Below are positions 1-11,954 of a DNA stretch of 64,000 bases, one piece after another. Position 1 is the first letter of the stretch. Every line of letters begins with the position of its first letter. A program made the translations under genes and the position numbers. The notes under the pieces are model-generated. The model worked only from the letters and a program-made list of their open reading frames with translations. It was not told where the DNA came from and ran no database searches. This DNA is from Bacteroidales bacterium (GTDB lineage: Bacteria; Bacteroidota; Bacteroidia; Bacteroidales; P3). Where the stretch lies: positions 66,473 through 130,472 of the forward strand of contig JAKVOZ010000002.1 of assembly GCA_022482545.1 (NCBI GenBank), given 5' to 3'.

Positions 1-285
1 AAAAAAGGATTAGCAAATGTAACACCAAACGTAGAAGTACGTAGTAGGAGAATAGGTGGAGCAACATTCCAAATACCAACAGAGATAAGACCTGAAAGAA
101 AGCAATCTATGGGTATGAAAAACTTGATAGGATTTGCAAGAAAACGTAATGAAAAATCAATGGCACTACGTTTGGCAAGTGAAATCATAGCAGCATCAAA
201 AGAAGAAGGTGCAGCATATAAGAGAAAAGAAGATATTCATAGAATGGCAGAAGCAAATAAGGCTTTCTCTCATTTTAGAATGTAA
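1..285 (+). CDS. rpsG: 30S ribosomal protein S7, 3' part (5' end lies outside the window)
   Basis: Manual frame-1 translation from base 1 reads ...[47 protein letters not shown]...AFSHFRM*, stop at 283-285. Sits directly upstream of fusA. Confidence 0.9.
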   Translation, partial: KKGLANVTPNVEVRSRRIGGATFQIPTEIRPERKQSMGMKNLIGFARKRNEKSMALRLASEIIAASKEEGAAYKRKEDIHRMAEANKAFSHFRM

Positions 286-318
286 TAATAAATTAATAGA
301 AGAAGAATAGGAAAATAA

Positions 319-2403
319 ATGGCAGACTTACATTTAACAAGGAATATAGGAATTATGGCACATATAGACGCCGGTAAGACAACAACTACTGAGCGTATAT
401 TGTACTATACAGGAAAGAACCATAAAATAGGTGAAACACATGATGGTTCAGCAACGATGGATTGGATGGAAGAGGAGCAAGAAAGAGGTATAACAATCAC
501 ATCTGCTGCTACTACTGTATTCTGGAAATATAAGGAAAAAGAATTTAAAATAAATATTATAGATACTCCAGGACACGTTGATTTTACTGTTGAGGTAGAA
601 CGTTCATTACGTGTACTTGATGGAGCAGTTGCTTTGTTCTGTGCTGTTGGTGGTGTTGAACCACAAAGTGAGACAGTATGGCGTCAAGCAGATAAATATA
701 ATGTACCTCGTATATGCTTTGTCAATAAAATGGATAGAGCAGGAGCAGATTTCTTTAATGTTGTAAAACAAATAAAAGAAAAACTTGGAGCTAAACCAAT
801 TCCATTGGAAATACCAATAGGACAAGAAGATATGTTTAAAGGTGTTATAGATTTAATAACAAATAAGGCTTTGATGTATGATGAAGAATCAAAGGGCGCT
901 AAATGTTTTGAGGTGCCAATACCTGATGATTTAAAAGATATAGCAGCAAAATATAGAAAAGAACTTGTTGAAGGTGTAGCCGAAGAAGATGATGCTCTTT
1001 TAGCAAGATATATGGAAGATGAGAATAGCATAACACCAGAAGAAATGATAGCTCAAATAAGAAAAGCAACTTGTGAGCAAAGAATTTTCCCTGTTTTATG
1101 TGGATCATCATTCAAAAATAAAGGTGTTCAAAATTTGATAGATGCAATATGTGCATTCTTACCAAGTCCAAAAGATGTTCCAGAGGTTGATGGTATTGAC
1201 CCAAGAACAGATAAACCAATATCAAGAGAAATATCAGCAAAAGCACCATTTAGTGCATTAGCATTTAAGATAGCAACAGATCCTTATGTTGGAAGAATAT
1301 GTTTCTTCCGTGTATATTCTGGTGCTTTGGACGCAGGTTCTTATGTATATAATGCAACAACTGGCAAAAAAGAAAGAATATCTCGTATAATGCAAATGCA
1401 CGCTAATCACCAAAACCCTATTGATAGAATAGAGGCTGGAGATATAGGAGCAGCAGTTGGATTTAAAGAGATAAAAACAGGAAATACACTTTGTGATGAA
1501 GATAATCCAATTATATTGGAATCAATGACCTTCCCAGAACCTGTTATTTCAATTGCAGTAGAACCAAAACAACAAGCAGATATTGATAAGTTTAATAATG
1601 CTATAACAAAATTAACGGAAGAAGATCCAACATTAAAAGTTGAAACAGATGAAACTTCAGGTCAAACAATTATGAAAGGTATGGGTGAGTTACACCTTGA
1701 TATTATAATTGAAAGAATGAAGAGAGAATTTGGAGTAGAATGTAATGAAGGTGATCCACAAGTGGCATATAAAGAAGCAATAACATCAAAAGTAGAACAT
1801 AAAGAAGTCTATAAAAAACAAACAGGTGGTCGTGGTAAATTTGCAGATATCTTATTTAGTATTGAACCAGCAGATGAAGGATTTAAAGGACTTCAATTTG
1901 TTAATGAAGTTAAGGGAGGAAATGTTCCAAAAGAATATATACCATCAGTAGAAAAAGGATTTAAAGCAGCTATGAATAATGGTGTTTTAGCAGGATTCCC
2001 AATGGAAAATATGAAAGTGGTATTAAAAGATGGATCTTATCACCCTGTTGATTCTGATGCTTTATCTTTTGAACTTTGTGCTAAAATAGGATTTAAAGAA
2101 GCAGCAAGAAAAGCAAATCCTGTATTATTAGAACCAATTATGTCAGTAGAGGTTAATACTCCGGATGCATATCTTGGTGATGTTACAGGAGACTTAAACA
2201 GAAGAAGAGCAATTTTGGAAAGTATTACAGCTAAGGTTGGTGTTCAGGCAGTAAAAGCTAAGGTGCCTCTATCACAAATGTTTGGTTATGTAACTTCTTT
2301 AAGAACAATAACATCAGGAAGAGCAAATTCAACAATGGAATTTTCTCATTATGCACAAGCTCCAAAAGATGTAACAGAAACAGTATTGAAAAAAACTAAC
2401 TAA
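319..2403 (+). CDS. fusA: elongation factor G
   Basis: 694 aa with GTPase motifs [17 protein letters not shown] and NKMDR. Canonical position after rpsG. Confidence 0.97.
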   Translation: MADLHLTRNIGIMAHIDAGKTTTTERILYYTGKNHKIGETHDGSATMDWMEEEQERGITITSAATTVFWKYKEKEFKINIIDTPGHVDFTVEVERSLRVLDGAVALFCAVGGVEPQSETVWRQADKYNVPRICFVNKMDRAGADFFNVVKQIKEKLGAKPIPLEIPIGQEDMFKGVIDLITNKALMYDEESKGAKCFEVPIPDDLKDIAAKYRKELVEGVAEEDDALLARYMEDENSITPEEMIAQIRKATCEQRIFPVLCGSSFKNKGVQNLIDAICAFLPSPKDVPEVDGIDPRTDKPISREISAKAPFSALAFKIATDPYVGRICFFRVYSGALDAGSYVYNATTGKKERISRIMQMHANHQNPIDRIEAGDIGAAVGFKEIKTGNTLCDEDNPIILESMTFPEPVISIAVEPKQQADIDKFNNAITKLTEEDPTLKVETDETSGQTIMKGMGELHLDIIIERMKREFGVECNEGDPQVAYKEAITSKVEHKEVYKKQTGGRGKFADILFSIEPADEGFKGLQFVNEVKGGNVPKEYIPSVEKGFKAAMNNGVLAGFPMENMKVVLKDGSYHPVDSDALSFELCAKIGFKEAARKANPVLLEPIMSVEVNTPDAYLGDVTGDLNRRRAILESITAKVGVQAVKAKVPLSQMFGYVTSLRTITSGRANSTMEFSHYAQAPKDVTETVLKKTN

Positions 2404-2424
2404 TATTATAAAAAAATAATAATT

Positions 2425-2739
2425 GTGAGCCAAGAAAAACAAAAAATTAGGATTAAATTAAAATCATACGATCATAATTTAGTAGATAAGTCTGCTGAAA
2501 AGATTGTAAAGACTGTAAAGCTTACTGGTGCACATGTACAAGGTCCAATACCTTTACCAACCAATAAGAAAATATTTACAGTTAATCGTTCAACTTTTGT
2601 CAATAAAAAAGCAAGAGAACAATTTGAATTGAGCTCTTACAAACGTTTATTAGACATAGATAGTACATCAACACAAACTATTGATGCGCTAATGAAACTT
2701 GAACTTCCAAGTGGAGTAGAAGTTGAAATCAAAGTTTGA
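2425..2739 (+). CDS. rpsJ: 30S ribosomal protein S10
   Basis: 104 aa, [24 protein letters not shown] start. First gene of the S10 block. Confidence 0.93.
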   Translation: MSQEKQKIRIKLKSYDHNLVDKSAEKIVKTVKLTGAHVQGPIPLPTNKKIFTVNRSTFVNKKAREQFELSSYKRLLDIDSTSTQTIDALMKLELPSGVEVEIKV

Positions 2740-2831
2740 TGATAAAAATAGTTTGGGATTTTAATAAAATTAAAAGAAACTCAGCCGCTGTTAAAAAACA
2801 AGCTGAAAAGAAAAAACAAATAAAATAAAAA

Positions 2832-3461
2832 ATGTCAGGATTAATAGGAAAAAAGATTGGAATGACTAGCATTTATGATGCCTCTGGTAAACAACAACCA
2901 TGCACAGTTATTGAAGCTGGTCCTTGTGTAGTAACACAAATCAAGACGCCTGAGAAAGATGGATATAGTGCTATTCAATTAGCATTTGAGGAAATGAAGG
3001 AGAATAAATGTACAAAACCAATGAAAGGACACTTTGTAAAGGCAAGTACAACTCCTAAAAGACATCTTGCAGAATTTACTCGTTTTGAAGAAGGTGAGAA
3101 AAAAACTTTTGGAGAAGAGTTAAATTGCTCAATATTTACAGAAGGAGAATTCTTGGATATTGTAGGTATCTCAAAAGGTAAAGGTTTTCAAGGCGTTGTT
3201 CGTCGTCACGGATTTAGTGGTGTAGGAGATAAAACTCACGGACAATGTGATAGACTTCGTGCTCCTGGTTCAGCAGGTGCTTCATCATACCCTTCAAGAG
3301 TATTTAAAGGTATGAGAATGGCAGGACAAATGGGAAATCATAGAGTAAAAGTCCAAAATTTAAAGATTTTGAAAATAATCTTAGAAAAAAATTTAGTATT
3401 AGTTAAAGGATCTGTTCCAGGTCCAAAGGGTTCAATTTTAAAACTTGAGAGATGGAGTTAA
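2832..3461 (+). CDS. rplC: 50S ribosomal protein L3
   Basis: 209 aa, [10 protein letters not shown]...[14 protein letters not shown]. Operon order. Confidence 0.95.
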   Translation: MSGLIGKKIGMTSIYDASGKQQPCTVIEAGPCVVTQIKTPEKDGYSAIQLAFEEMKENKCTKPMKGHFVKASTTPKRHLAEFTRFEEGEKKTFGEELNCSIFTEGEFLDIVGISKGKGFQGVVRRHGFSGVGDKTHGQCDRLRAPGSAGASSYPSRVFKGMRMAGQMGNHRVKVQNLKILKIILEKNLVLVKGSVPGPKGSILKLERWS

Positions 3462-4087
3462 AAGTTTATAATATAAAGGGAGAAGACACTGGTAAGACCA
3501 TAGCTGTCAGTGATTCATTGTTTCAAACAGAACCCAATGATCACGTTATTTGGCTAAATGTTAAACAATATTTAGCAGACCAAAGACAAGGAACTCATAA
3601 ATCAAAAGAGCGTTCTGAGGTTTCTGGTTCAACAAGAAAACTTAAAAGACAAAAAGGTACAGGTGGAGCAAGATCAGGAGATATCAACAGCCCAATAATG
3701 GTTGGTGGTGGACGTGCATTCGGCCCAAGACCAAGAGATTATAGTTTTAAGTTAAATAAAAAAGTAAAACGTTTAGCAAGGCTTTCTGCTTTATACTATA
3801 AAGCACAAGATAATGAAATAAAAGTTGTTGAAGACTTTTCATTTGAAGCCCCAAAAACTAAACAGATGATTCAAGTTTTAGATGCTTTACAATTAAAAGA
3901 TAAAAAATCTTTGTTTATTTTGCAACCAAATAAAGAAAATTTCGTATCTTTGTCAGCTAGAAACTTGAAGAAAGTTAGAGTAATGAGTGCAAATACATTG
4001 AATACTTATGAGATATTACATGCTAATACTTTAATATTCAGTGAATCAGCATTAAAAGAGTTAGATAAAATTAATGCTAATTCTTAA
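3452..4087 (+). CDS. rplD: 50S ribosomal protein L4
   Basis: 211 aa, [27 protein letters not shown]. 10-nt overlap with rplC. Confidence 0.94.
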   Translation: MELKVYNIKGEDTGKTIAVSDSLFQTEPNDHVIWLNVKQYLADQRQGTHKSKERSEVSGSTRKLKRQKGTGGARSGDINSPIMVGGGRAFGPRPRDYSFKLNKKVKRLARLSALYYKAQDNEIKVVEDFSFEAPKTKQMIQVLDALQLKDKKSLFILQPNKENFVSLSARNLKKVRVMSANTLNTYEILHANTLIFSESALKELDKINANS

Positions 4088-4128
4088 TATTCATCAAGTA
4101 TAGAAACATTTAGAAAATAAAAAAAGAA

Positions 4129-4422
4129 ATGAATATTATTGTAAAGCCGATTATTACAGAGAAGATGACCAAGATGAATGAAAAAGATTCATCACGTTGT
4201 GGTTTCATCGTTGATAAACGAGCAAATAAAATAGAAATAAAAAACGCAATAGAAGAATTGTATAGTGTCAAGGTAGAAAGTGTAAATACTATTAATTATG
4301 ATAGTAAAAATAAAACAAGATATACTAAGACAGGTTATATACAAGGAAAAGTAAGTGCATATAAGAAGGCAATGGTAACACTTGCCAAAGGTGATACAAT
4401 AGATTTTTTTAGCAATATTTAA
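4129..4422 (+). CDS. rplW: 50S ribosomal protein L23
   Basis: 97 aa, PIITEKMT start. Position between L4 and L2. Confidence 0.92.
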   Translation: MNIIVKPIITEKMTKMNEKDSSRCGFIVDKRANKIEIKNAIEELYSVKVESVNTINYDSKNKTRYTKTGYIQGKVSAYKKAMVTLAKGDTIDFFSNI

Positions 4423-4431
4423 TAGAGAGAG

Positions 4432-5256
4432 ATGGCTTTAAAAAAATTAAAACCGACAACACCGGGACAAAGACATAAAATAATAAGTACATTCGATGAG
4501 ATTACAACAAATAATCCAGAGAAGAGCTTAGTTTATGGAGTCCGTAAGAGTGGAGGAAGAAACAATGAAGGTAAAATGACCATGAGATACATAGGTGGTG
4601 GTCATAGAAAATTATACCGTTTAATAGATTTCTTAAGAAATAAAGACGGCATACCAGCAACAGTAAAAACAATAGAGTATGATCCTAATAGATCAGCTCG
4701 TATAGCATTGGTATGTTATGCTGACGGTGAAAAAAGATATATAGTTTCTCCTAATGGATTAAAAGTCGGTCAGACAGTAATGTCAGGTAAAGGAGTTGCC
4801 CCTGAAATAGGTAACACATTATTCCTTAGCGATATTCCATTTGGAACAATGATTCATAATATTGAATTACGTCCAGGACAAGGAGCTAAGTTAGTTAGAA
4901 GTGCAGGTTCTTATGCACAACTTATGTCAAGAGATGGTAAGTATGCAATAGTAAAAATGCCTTCAGGTGAGACTAGAATGATACTTCAAACATGTAAAGC
5001 AACTGTAGGTGTAGTTTCAAATACAGAGCACAATCTTGAAATATCAGGAAAGGCAGGACGTTCTCGTTGGTTAGGTAGAAGACCAAGAGTAAGAGGAGTA
5101 GTTATGAACCCAGTAGATCACCCAATGGGTGGTGGTGAAGGACGTGCATCAGGAGGACATCCTCGTTCACGTAAAGGTATGCCAGCTAAGGGTTATAAGA
5201 CAAGAACTCCTAAGAAGGTATCTAATAAATTTATAGTAGAAAGACGTAAGAAATAA
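4432..5256 (+). CDS. rplB: 50S ribosomal protein L2
   Basis: 274 aa, [17 protein letters not shown] motif. Confidence 0.96.
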   Translation: MALKKLKPTTPGQRHKIISTFDEITTNNPEKSLVYGVRKSGGRNNEGKMTMRYIGGGHRKLYRLIDFLRNKDGIPATVKTIEYDPNRSARIALVCYADGEKRYIVSPNGLKVGQTVMSGKGVAPEIGNTLFLSDIPFGTMIHNIELRPGQGAKLVRSAGSYAQLMSRDGKYAIVKMPSGETRMILQTCKATVGVVSNTEHNLEISGKAGRSRWLGRRPRVRGVVMNPVDHPMGGGEGRASGGHPRSRKGMPAKGYKTRTPKKVSNKFIVERRKK

Positions 5257-5273
5257 TTAAATCATAGAGAGAC

Positions 5274-5552
5274 ATGAGCCGTTCATTAAAAAAAGGACCT
5301 TATATTCATTATAAGTTAGAGAAGAAAGTTTTAGCAGCACAAGCTAAAAAAAGTAAGAACACCATAAAAACATGGTCAAGAGCTTCTATGATTTCTCCTG
5401 ATTTCGTAGGCTTGACAATAGCAGTTCATAATGGAAATAAGTTTATTCCTGTATATGTTACTGAAAATATGGTAGGACACAAATTAGGAGAATTTGCTCC
5501 AACACGAATTTTTAGAGGACATGCAGGTCAAAAGGACAAAGCTAAGAAATAA
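5274..5552 (+). CDS. rpsS: 30S ribosomal protein S19
   Basis: 92 aa, SRSLKKGPY...[28 protein letters not shown]. Confidence 0.96.
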   Translation: MSRSLKKGPYIHYKLEKKVLAAQAKKSKNTIKTWSRASMISPDFVGLTIAVHNGNKFIPVYVTENMVGHKLGEFAPTRIFRGHAGQKDKAKK

Positions 5553-5568
5553 AAATTAACGACAAGAG

Positions 5569-6009
5569 ATGGGATCAAGAAAACATATAAGTGCTCAGGC
5601 ACATAAAGAAGCAAGAAAAACTCAATATATTGCAAGATTAAATAATAATCCTACATCACCAAGAAAAACACGTTTGATGGCTAATGCTATTAGAGGAATT
5701 GATGTAGAAAAAGCATTAGGAATTCTACAATATAGTCATAGAGAATCTGCACCTAAATTGCGAAAATTATTATTATCAGCTATTGCCAATTGGCAAGCAA
5801 AAAATGTTGGTAAGAGTGTAGAAGAAAGCAATTTATACATAAAACGTATTTGTGTAAATGGAGGAAGACAATTGAAACGTCTTCGTACAGCACCACAAGG
5901 ACGTGGATATAGAATAAAAAAACGTTCAAATCACGTTATACTTGAATTGGGTAGTAGATTAGAAGAAAGTAAATCTACGGTTCAATCAAATGATGCAGAA
6001 AATAAATAG
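5569..6009 (+). CDS. rplV: 50S ribosomal protein L22
   Basis: 146 aa, SPRKTRLMANAIRG. Operon order. Confidence 0.93.
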   Translation: MGSRKHISAQAHKEARKTQYIARLNNNPTSPRKTRLMANAIRGIDVEKALGILQYSHRESAPKLRKLLLSAIANWQAKNVGKSVEESNLYIKRICVNGGRQLKRLRTAPQGRGYRIKKRSNHVILELGSRLEESKSTVQSNDAENK

Positions 6010-6038
6010 TTTGTAAATAAAGAAAAAGTAGAAAAAGG

Positions 6039-6773
6039 ATGGGACAAAAAACAAATCCAATAGGAAACAGACTAGGAATCATCAGAGGTTGGGATTCAAA
6101 TTGGTATGGTGGCAGAAGATTCGAAACCAAATTGGTAGAAGATGATAAAATAAGAAAATACTTAAATGCTCGTTTAAGCAAAGCAGAAATCTCTAAAATA
6201 TATATAGAGAGAACATTGAAGCGTATTACTGTTACAATACATACAGCAAAACCAGGATTGATTATAGGTAAAGGTGGACAAGAAGTAGATAAGTTGAAAG
6301 AAGAGTTAAAGAAATTAACTGACAAAGAAGTTCAAATTAATATTTCTGAAGTAAAACGTCCAGAAATGGATGCAGTATTAGTAGCTGCTTCAATAGCAAG
6401 ACAAATAGAAGGTAGAGTTTCTTATAGAAAGGCTATTAAGATGGCTATAACATCAACAATGAGAGTTGGAGCTGAAGGAATAAAAGTTTCAATATCTGGT
6501 CGTATAGGTGGAGCTGAAATGGCAAGAACAGAACATTACAAAGAAGGTAGAACACCATTACATACATTACGTGCAGATATAGATTATTCACAAGCAGAAG
6601 CACATACAACTTATGGAAGAATAGGTGTAAAAGTATGGATATGCAGAGGCCTAATCTATAATAAAGTTGAAATAGTACCATCAACAGTTGGTGGCGGATT
6701 AAAAGAAGGAAATAGACAAGGACAACGTCCAAATATGGGACCAAGACCACGTCGTAAAAAACAACAACAATAA
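6039..6773 (+). CDS. rpsC: 30S ribosomal protein S3
   Basis: 244 aa, [16 protein letters not shown]-domain region [11 protein letters not shown]. Confidence 0.96.
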   Translation: MGQKTNPIGNRLGIIRGWDSNWYGGRRFETKLVEDDKIRKYLNARLSKAEISKIYIERTLKRITVTIHTAKPGLIIGKGGQEVDKLKEELKKLTDKEVQINISEVKRPEMDAVLVAASIARQIEGRVSYRKAIKMAITSTMRVGAEGIKVSISGRIGGAEMARTEHYKEGRTPLHTLRADIDYSQAEAHTTYGRIGVKVWICRGLIYNKVEIVPSTVGGGLKEGNRQGQRPNMGPRPRRKKQQQ

Positions 6774-6802
6774 GAGGATTATTATAAAAAATAATTAACG
6801 AT

Positions 6803-7228
6803 ATGTTACAGCCAAAAAAGACAAAATACAGAAAACAGCAAAAGGGAAGAATGAAAGGATTGGCAAATAGAGGCCATGAATTAGCTTTTGGAAGTTTTGG
6901 AATAAAATCATTGGAAACATCTTTTATTACAGGACGTCAAATAGAAGCCGCTCGTCAAGCTGTTACTCGTTATATGAAACGTGAAGGACAATTATGGATT
7001 AGAATTTTTCCAGATAAGTCAATCACAAAGAAACCTAATGAAGTACGTATGGGTAAAGGAAAAGGAGCTCCAGAATATTTTGTAGCAAGGGTAAAACCAG
7101 GTGCAATATTATTTGAGGCAGATGGAGTACCAGAAGCAATTGCAAAAGAAGCAATGAGATTAGGTGCTCAAAAATTACCTATAATAACAAAATTTGTAGT
7201 TCGTAGAGATTATACAGAAGAAGCATAA
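6803..7228 (+). CDS. rplP: 50S ribosomal protein L16
   Basis: 141 aa, [16 protein letters not shown]. Confidence 0.96.
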   Translation: MLQPKKTKYRKQQKGRMKGLANRGHELAFGSFGIKSLETSFITGRQIEAARQAVTRYMKREGQLWIRIFPDKSITKKPNEVRMGKGKGAPEYFVARVKPGAILFEADGVPEAIAKEAMRLGAQKLPIITKFVVRRDYTEEA

Positions 7229-7237
7229 TTTAAAGAG

Positions 7238-7459
7238 ATGAAAAATAAGATTGGATTAAAAGAGCTTTCTGACAAGGAATTGAGAGAAAGACTAGATGCT
7301 GAAAAAATGCAGTTGGTTAAAATGAAAATAAACCATGCTGTATCTCCATTAGAGAACCCAAATTTAATTAGGGTTACAAGAAAAAATATAGCAAGAATAA
7401 ATACAGAGATAACAAAACGAGAGTTAAATCCTGTTAGTTCAACAAACGAAGAAAAATAG
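7238..7459 (+). CDS. rpmC: 50S ribosomal protein L29
   Basis: 73 aa, helical K/E-rich. Position between L16 and S17. Confidence 0.88.
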   Translation: MKNKIGLKELSDKELRERLDAEKMQLVKMKINHAVSPLENPNLIRVTRKNIARINTEITKRELNPVSSTNEEK

Positions 7460-7476
7460 AAATCTTATAAATAGAG

Positions 7477-7731
7477 ATGGAAAGAAATTTAAGAAAAGAA
7501 AAAGTAGGCATTGTCGTAAGTAATAAGATGGATAAGACCATCAATGTTTTGGTTGAAAGAAAAGTAAAACACCCAAAATATGGAAAGTTCTTGAAAAAGA
7601 GCACAAAGTTTATGGCACATGACGAAAAGAGCGAAGCTGGTATGGGAGATACAGTTCGCATAATGGAGACAAGACCATTAAGTAAAAATAAACGTTGGAG
7701 ATTAGTTGAAATAATAGAAAGAGCTAAATAA
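7477..7731 (+). CDS. rpsQ: 30S ribosomal protein S17
   Basis: 84 aa, [27 protein letters not shown]. Confidence 0.94.
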   Translation: MERNLRKEKVGIVVSNKMDKTINVLVERKVKHPKYGKFLKKSTKFMAHDEKSEAGMGDTVRIMETRPLSKNKRWRLVEIIERAK

Positions 7732-7732
7732 A

Positions 7733-8101
7733 ATGATACAACAAGAAACAAGATTAGTTGTCGCAGATAATAGCGGAGCGAAAAGTGCCTTATGTATAAG
7801 AGTACTTGGTGGCACAAAAACTAGATATGCATCCGTAGGAGATGAAATCGTCATAGCTGTAAAAGATGCCTTACCTTCAGGAAGTGTGAAGAAAGGCTCT
7901 GTATCAAAAGCAGTTGTAGTTCGTACAAGAAAAGAAGTAAGAAGACAAGATGGTTCTTATATTCGTTTTGACGATAACGCATGCGTATTATTAACAGCCA
8001 CTAACGAGTTAAGAGGAACACGTATTTTTGGACCAGTAGCGAGAGAATTGCGTGAAAAACAATTTATGAAGATTGTTTCATTGGCACCAGAAGTATTATA
8101 A
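7733..8101 (+). CDS. rplN: 50S ribosomal protein L14
   Basis: 122 aa, [17 protein letters not shown]. Confidence 0.96.
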   Translation: MIQQETRLVVADNSGAKSALCIRVLGGTKTRYASVGDEIVIAVKDALPSGSVKKGSVSKAVVVRTRKEVRRQDGSYIRFDDNACVLLTATNELRGTRIFGPVARELREKQFMKIVSLAPEVL

Positions 8102-8122
8102 CGCAAAAAAATATTATAGGAT

Positions 8123-8440
8123 ATGAAATTGCATGTAAAAAAAGGAGATACTGTAAAAGTTATTGCAGGAAATTCAAAAGGTAGTGAGGGTAAAGTATTA
8201 GTAGTTTATCCAAAAGAGAACCGTGCTATCGTTGAAGGTGTAAATAAGGTAAAAAAACATACTAAACCTAGTCCAAAAAATACACAAGGAGGAATAGTAG
8301 AAAAAGAAGCCCCAATACATCTTTCAAACCTAATGGTTGTTGATGGAAAAGGAAATGCAACAAGAATAGGAAGACGATTAGACGAGAAAACAAATAAATC
8401 AGTTCGTTATTCAAAAAAGACAGGGGAGGTGATAAAATAA
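8123..8440 (+). CDS. rplX: 50S ribosomal protein L24
   Basis: 105 aa, [15 protein letters not shown] (KOW motif). Confidence 0.93.
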   Translation: MKLHVKKGDTVKVIAGNSKGSEGKVLVVYPKENRAIVEGVNKVKKHTKPSPKNTQGGIVEKEAPIHLSNLMVVDGKGNATRIGRRLDEKTNKSVRYSKKTGEVIK

Positions 8441-8441
8441 A

Positions 8442-9005
8442 ATGGAATACATTCCAAGATTAAAACAAAAATATAAGAATGAAATTGTATCATCTTTAAC
8501 AAAAGAATACAATTACAAAACAGTAATGCAAGTACCTCGTCTTTTGAAAATATCACTTAATCAAGGATTAGGAAAATTTGCATTAGCTGATAAAAAAGTT
8601 ATTGATAAAGGAATTGAAGAAATGTCGTCAATTGCAGGACAAAGAGCAGTTGCAACAAAATCAAAGAAAGATATTTCTAACTTCAAATTAAGAAAAGGTA
8701 TGCCAGTAGGTGTAAGAGTTACACTTAGAGGAGATAAAATGTACGAGTTTCTTGATAGATTAATAGCAACAGCAATACCACGAATAAGAGATTTTAGAGG
8801 TATTGATGTAAAAGGATTTGATGGAAGAGGTAATTATACATTTGGTATACAAGAACAAATAATCTTTCCAGAAATAGATATTGATAAAATTAATCATATG
8901 AATGGAATGGATATTACCTTTGTAACTTCAGCTGAAACAGATAAAGAAGCATTGTCATTGTTAAAAGCATTTGGTTTTCCATTTAAAAACGAACAAAATA
9001 ATTAA
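8442..9005 (+). CDS. rplE: 50S ribosomal protein L5
   Basis: 187 aa, [11 protein letters not shown]...[16 protein letters not shown]. Confidence 0.95.
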   Translation: MEYIPRLKQKYKNEIVSSLTKEYNYKTVMQVPRLLKISLNQGLGKFALADKKVIDKGIEEMSSIAGQRAVATKSKKDISNFKLRKGMPVGVRVTLRGDKMYEFLDRLIATAIPRIRDFRGIDVKGFDGRGNYTFGIQEQIIFPEIDIDKINHMNGMDITFVTSAETDKEALSLLKAFGFPFKNEQNN

Positions 9006-9013
9006 TTAAAGAT

Positions 9014-9283
9014 ATGGCAAAAGAATCTATAAAAGCTAGAGAGAGAAAAAGAGAACGTATGGTAGCAAAATATGCTGCAAAACGAGCTTCTTTATTGGAA
9101 GCAGGTGATTATGAAGGATTACAAAAACTTCCAAAGAATGCATCACCAGTTAGATTACATAATCGTTGTAAACTAACAGGACGTCCAAAAGGATATATGA
9201 GACAGTTTGGTATTTCAAGAATCAATTTTAGAGAAATGGCATTGGCTGGTTTAATTCCTGGAGTAAAAAAATCTTCATGGTAG
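9014..9283 (+). CDS. rpsN: 30S ribosomal protein S14 (long form)
   Basis: 89 aa, [24 protein letters not shown]. Confidence 0.94.
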   Translation: MAKESIKARERKRERMVAKYAAKRASLLEAGDYEGLQKLPKNASPVRLHNRCKLTGRPKGYMRQFGISRINFREMALAGLIPGVKKSSW

Positions 9284-9389
9284 AAAATCAAAGACAATGA
9301 AATATTTCGGTTAAAATAAAACGAAGAAATATTTTACTAGATTAAAGAAATAATTGAATAAAACAAAGAAATAAAAAAATAAGATAGAG

Positions 9390-9788
9390 ATGTTAACAGA
9401 TCCAATTGCAGATTATTTAACTCGTATTAGAAATGCATCTTTGGCAAAGCATAGAATGGTAGAGATTCCTTCTTCTAAAATGAAGAAAGAAATAACGAAG
9501 ATACTTTTTGATAAAGGTTATATATTAAATTATAAGTTTGAGGATGAGATATTTCCAAAGGTTATTAAAATAGCTTTAAAATATCACCCTCTAACAAAGG
9601 AACCAGCAGTTTCTACATTAACAAGAATCAGTAGTCCAGGTCTTAGAAAATATGTAGGAGCAGATAGTTTACCAAGAGTATTAAATGGCTTAGGAATTGC
9701 AATAATATCTACATCAAGAGGATTGATGACAGATAAAGAAGCAAGAGCATTAAAAATAGGTGGAGAAGTAATTTGTTATATTAGCTAA
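9390..9788 (+). CDS. rpsH: 30S ribosomal protein S8
   Basis: 132 aa, [16 protein letters not shown]. Confidence 0.95.
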   Translation: MLTDPIADYLTRIRNASLAKHRMVEIPSSKMKKEITKILFDKGYILNYKFEDEIFPKVIKIALKYHPLTKEPAVSTLTRISSPGLRKYVGADSLPRVLNGLGIAIISTSRGLMTDKEARALKIGGEVICYIS

Positions 9789-9803
9789 AAATAAAAAGGA
9801 ATT

Positions 9804-10364
9804 ATGTCAGAATCAAGAATAGGTAAATTACCGATAAGCATTCCTGAGGGAGTTGAAGTAACAGTTGCAAATAATAATGTAGTAACTGTAAAAGGAAAAC
9901 TTGGGACTTTAAAACAAACAATAGATCCTTGTATAAAAATAGAAAAGGAAGAAAAAGAATTAGTATTAAAAGTTACTAATGATCAGAAACGTACAAAATC
10001 ATTACATGGATTATCAAGAGCATTAATTCATAATATGGTAAAAGGTGTTTCTGAAGGTTTTCATACTACTCAAGAAGTAATAGGAGTAGGTTATAAAGCA
10101 CAAGCACAAGGACAAGTATTGGAATTAGCATTAGGATATTCTCATAACATATTTTTTGAGTTACCTAATGAAATAAAAGTAGAAACGATAACTGAAAAAG
10201 GAAAGAATCCTTTAATCAAAATGACAAGTTGCGACAAACAATTAATTGGACAAGTTGCAGCAAAGATTCGTTCATTACGTAAACCAGAACCATACAAAGG
10301 AAAAGGTATTCGTTTTGAAGGTGAAGTTATTCGTAAGAAGGCTGGAAAAGCAGCTGCTAAGTAA
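9804..10364 (+). CDS. rplF: 50S ribosomal protein L6
   Basis: 186 aa, SRIGKLPISIPEGVEV...EPYKGKGIR. Confidence 0.95.
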   Translation: MSESRIGKLPISIPEGVEVTVANNNVVTVKGKLGTLKQTIDPCIKIEKEEKELVLKVTNDQKRTKSLHGLSRALIHNMVKGVSEGFHTTQEVIGVGYKAQAQGQVLELALGYSHNIFFELPNEIKVETITEKGKNPLIKMTSCDKQLIGQVAAKIRSLRKPEPYKGKGIRFEGEVIRKKAGKAAAK

Positions 10365-10403
10365 TTTAGATTAAGAGAATAAAAAAATCTGAGGATAAAT
10401 AAG

Positions 10404-10757
10404 ATGGCAACGAAGAACGTAGAAAGAAGACTAAAAATTAAAATGAGACTCCGCAAAAGAATTAGCGGAACATCGGTTAAACCACGTTTAACTGTATTTA
10501 GGAGCAATAAAGAGATTTATGCTCAATTGGTAGATGATGTTGAAGGTAAAACTTTAATAGCAGCATCTTCAAAAGAAAAAGCTTTTGATAAAAAAGGAAC
10601 AAAGACTGATGAGGCTGTATCTGTTGGTAAATTAATAGCAGAAAGAGCAAAAGCATCAGGAATAGAAACTGTCGTTTTTGACAGAAATGGTTATTTGTAT
10701 CACGGAAGAGTAAAATCTTTAGCTGATTCAGCAAGAGAAAATGGCTTAAAATTCTAA
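10404..10757 (+). CDS. rplR: 50S ribosomal protein L18
   Basis: 117 aa, [14 protein letters not shown]...[13 protein letters not shown]. Confidence 0.94.
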   Translation: MATKNVERRLKIKMRLRKRISGTSVKPRLTVFRSNKEIYAQLVDDVEGKTLIAASSKEKAFDKKGTKTDEAVSVGKLIAERAKASGIETVVFDRNGYLYHGRVKSLADSARENGLKF

Positions 10758-10763
10758 AAAAGT

Positions 10764-11282
10764 ATGGCAGACGTAAATATAAAAAGAGTAAAGACAAGCG
10801 AAATAGAATTTAATGATAAGCTTGTAAGTGTAAATAGAGTTACAAAAGTAACAAAAGGAGGTAGAACATTTAGTTTTTCAGCCATAGTAGTTGTTGGAAA
10901 CGGTAATGGAGTAGTAGGATACGGACTAGGAAAAGCAAAAGAAGTTTCAATAGCAATATCAAAAGGAGTAGATGATGCTAAGAAAAATTTAATTAAAGTT
11001 CCAGTTCTAAAAGGTACAATACCACACGAACAAATAGGTAAATATAGTGGAGCACAAGTATTTTTGAAACCAGCAGCTCCAGGAACAGGAGTTATAGCAG
11101 GAGGTGCTATGCGTGCTGTTTTGGAAAGCGTTGGAGTTAAAGATGTGTTGGCTAAATCAAAAGGCTCATCAAATCCACATAGTGTTGTAAAAGCAACAAT
11201 AGCAGCTTTATTGAAAATGAAAGATCCTTATACAATTGCAAAATTGAGAGGTATTGAAATGAATAGAGTGTTTAACGGATAA
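10764..11282 (+). CDS. rpsE: 30S ribosomal protein S5
   Basis: 172 aa, [24 protein letters not shown]. Confidence 0.95.
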   Translation: MADVNIKRVKTSEIEFNDKLVSVNRVTKVTKGGRTFSFSAIVVVGNGNGVVGYGLGKAKEVSIAISKGVDDAKKNLIKVPVLKGTIPHEQIGKYSGAQVFLKPAAPGTGVIAGGAMRAVLESVGVKDVLAKSKGSSNPHSVVKATIAALLKMKDPYTIAKLRGIEMNRVFNG

Positions 11283-11294
11283 AACTTTAAAGAG

Positions 11295-11474
11295 ATGAAA
11301 GTAAGAGTAACACAAGTAAAGAGTGGAATAGGTTATCCACTACGTCAAAAACAGACTTTAAAATCATTAGGATTGAGAAAAATGCATCAATCAAAAGAAC
11401 ATGAGTTAAACCCTCAAATTCAAGGAATGATTAATAAAGTTAGTCATTTAGTTAAAGTAGAAGAAATTAATTAA
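11295..11474 (+). CDS. rpmD: 50S ribosomal protein L30
   Basis: Not in the ORF track (59 aa). Manual translation MKVRVTQVKSGIGYPLRQKQTLKSLGLRKMHQSKEHELNPQIQGMINKVSHLVKVEEIN*. Expected slot between rpsE and rplO. Confidence 0.9.
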   Translation: MKVRVTQVKSGIGYPLRQKQTLKSLGLRKMHQSKEHELNPQIQGMINKVSHLVKVEEIN

Positions 11475-11497
11475 CAATAAATAAAGAGTAATTAATC

Positions 11498-11944
11498 ATG
11501 GATTTAAGTAATCTAAAACCGGCAACAGGGTCGACAAAAAGTCGTAAGAGAATAGGTAGAGGACAAGGTTCAGGACACGGTGGGACATCTACAAGAGGAC
11601 ATAAAGGAGCAAAATCACGTTCAGGATATTCTGATAAGATAGGTTTTGAAGGTGGTCAAATGCCTTTATATAGATTGTTGCCAAAATTTGGTTTTAAAAA
11701 TTTCAATCGTGTAGAATATACAGGAATTAATCTTGATACATTGGAACAATTATCAGAAAAATTCAATACAAAGGATATTACAATAGAATTTTTAAGAGAA
11801 AATAAAATAATATCTAAAAACGAAAAAGTAAAAATACTTGGAAGAGGAGAATTAACAAATACATTTAATGTAACAGTTAATGCTATTTCTAAGAATGCTA
11901 AAAGTGCTATTGAAGCCAAAGGAGGAGTTGTAACAATAATCTAA
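11498..11944 (+). CDS. rplO: 50S ribosomal protein L15
   Basis: 148 aa, GRGQGSGHGGTSTRGHKG. Confidence 0.94.
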   Translation: MDLSNLKPATGSTKSRKRIGRGQGSGHGGTSTRGHKGAKSRSGYSDKIGFEGGQMPLYRLLPKFGFKNFNRVEYTGINLDTLEQLSEKFNTKDITIEFLRENKIISKNEKVKILGRGELTNTFNVTVNAISKNAKSAIEAKGGVVTII

Positions 11945-11954
11945 AATTAAGTAA

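Noticed and set aside
2740-2831. TCAGC...GCTGA hairpin in the rpsJ-rplC spacer as an L4-type attenuator
   Set aside because: The stem is only 5 bp with a 16-nt loop, which is not significant.
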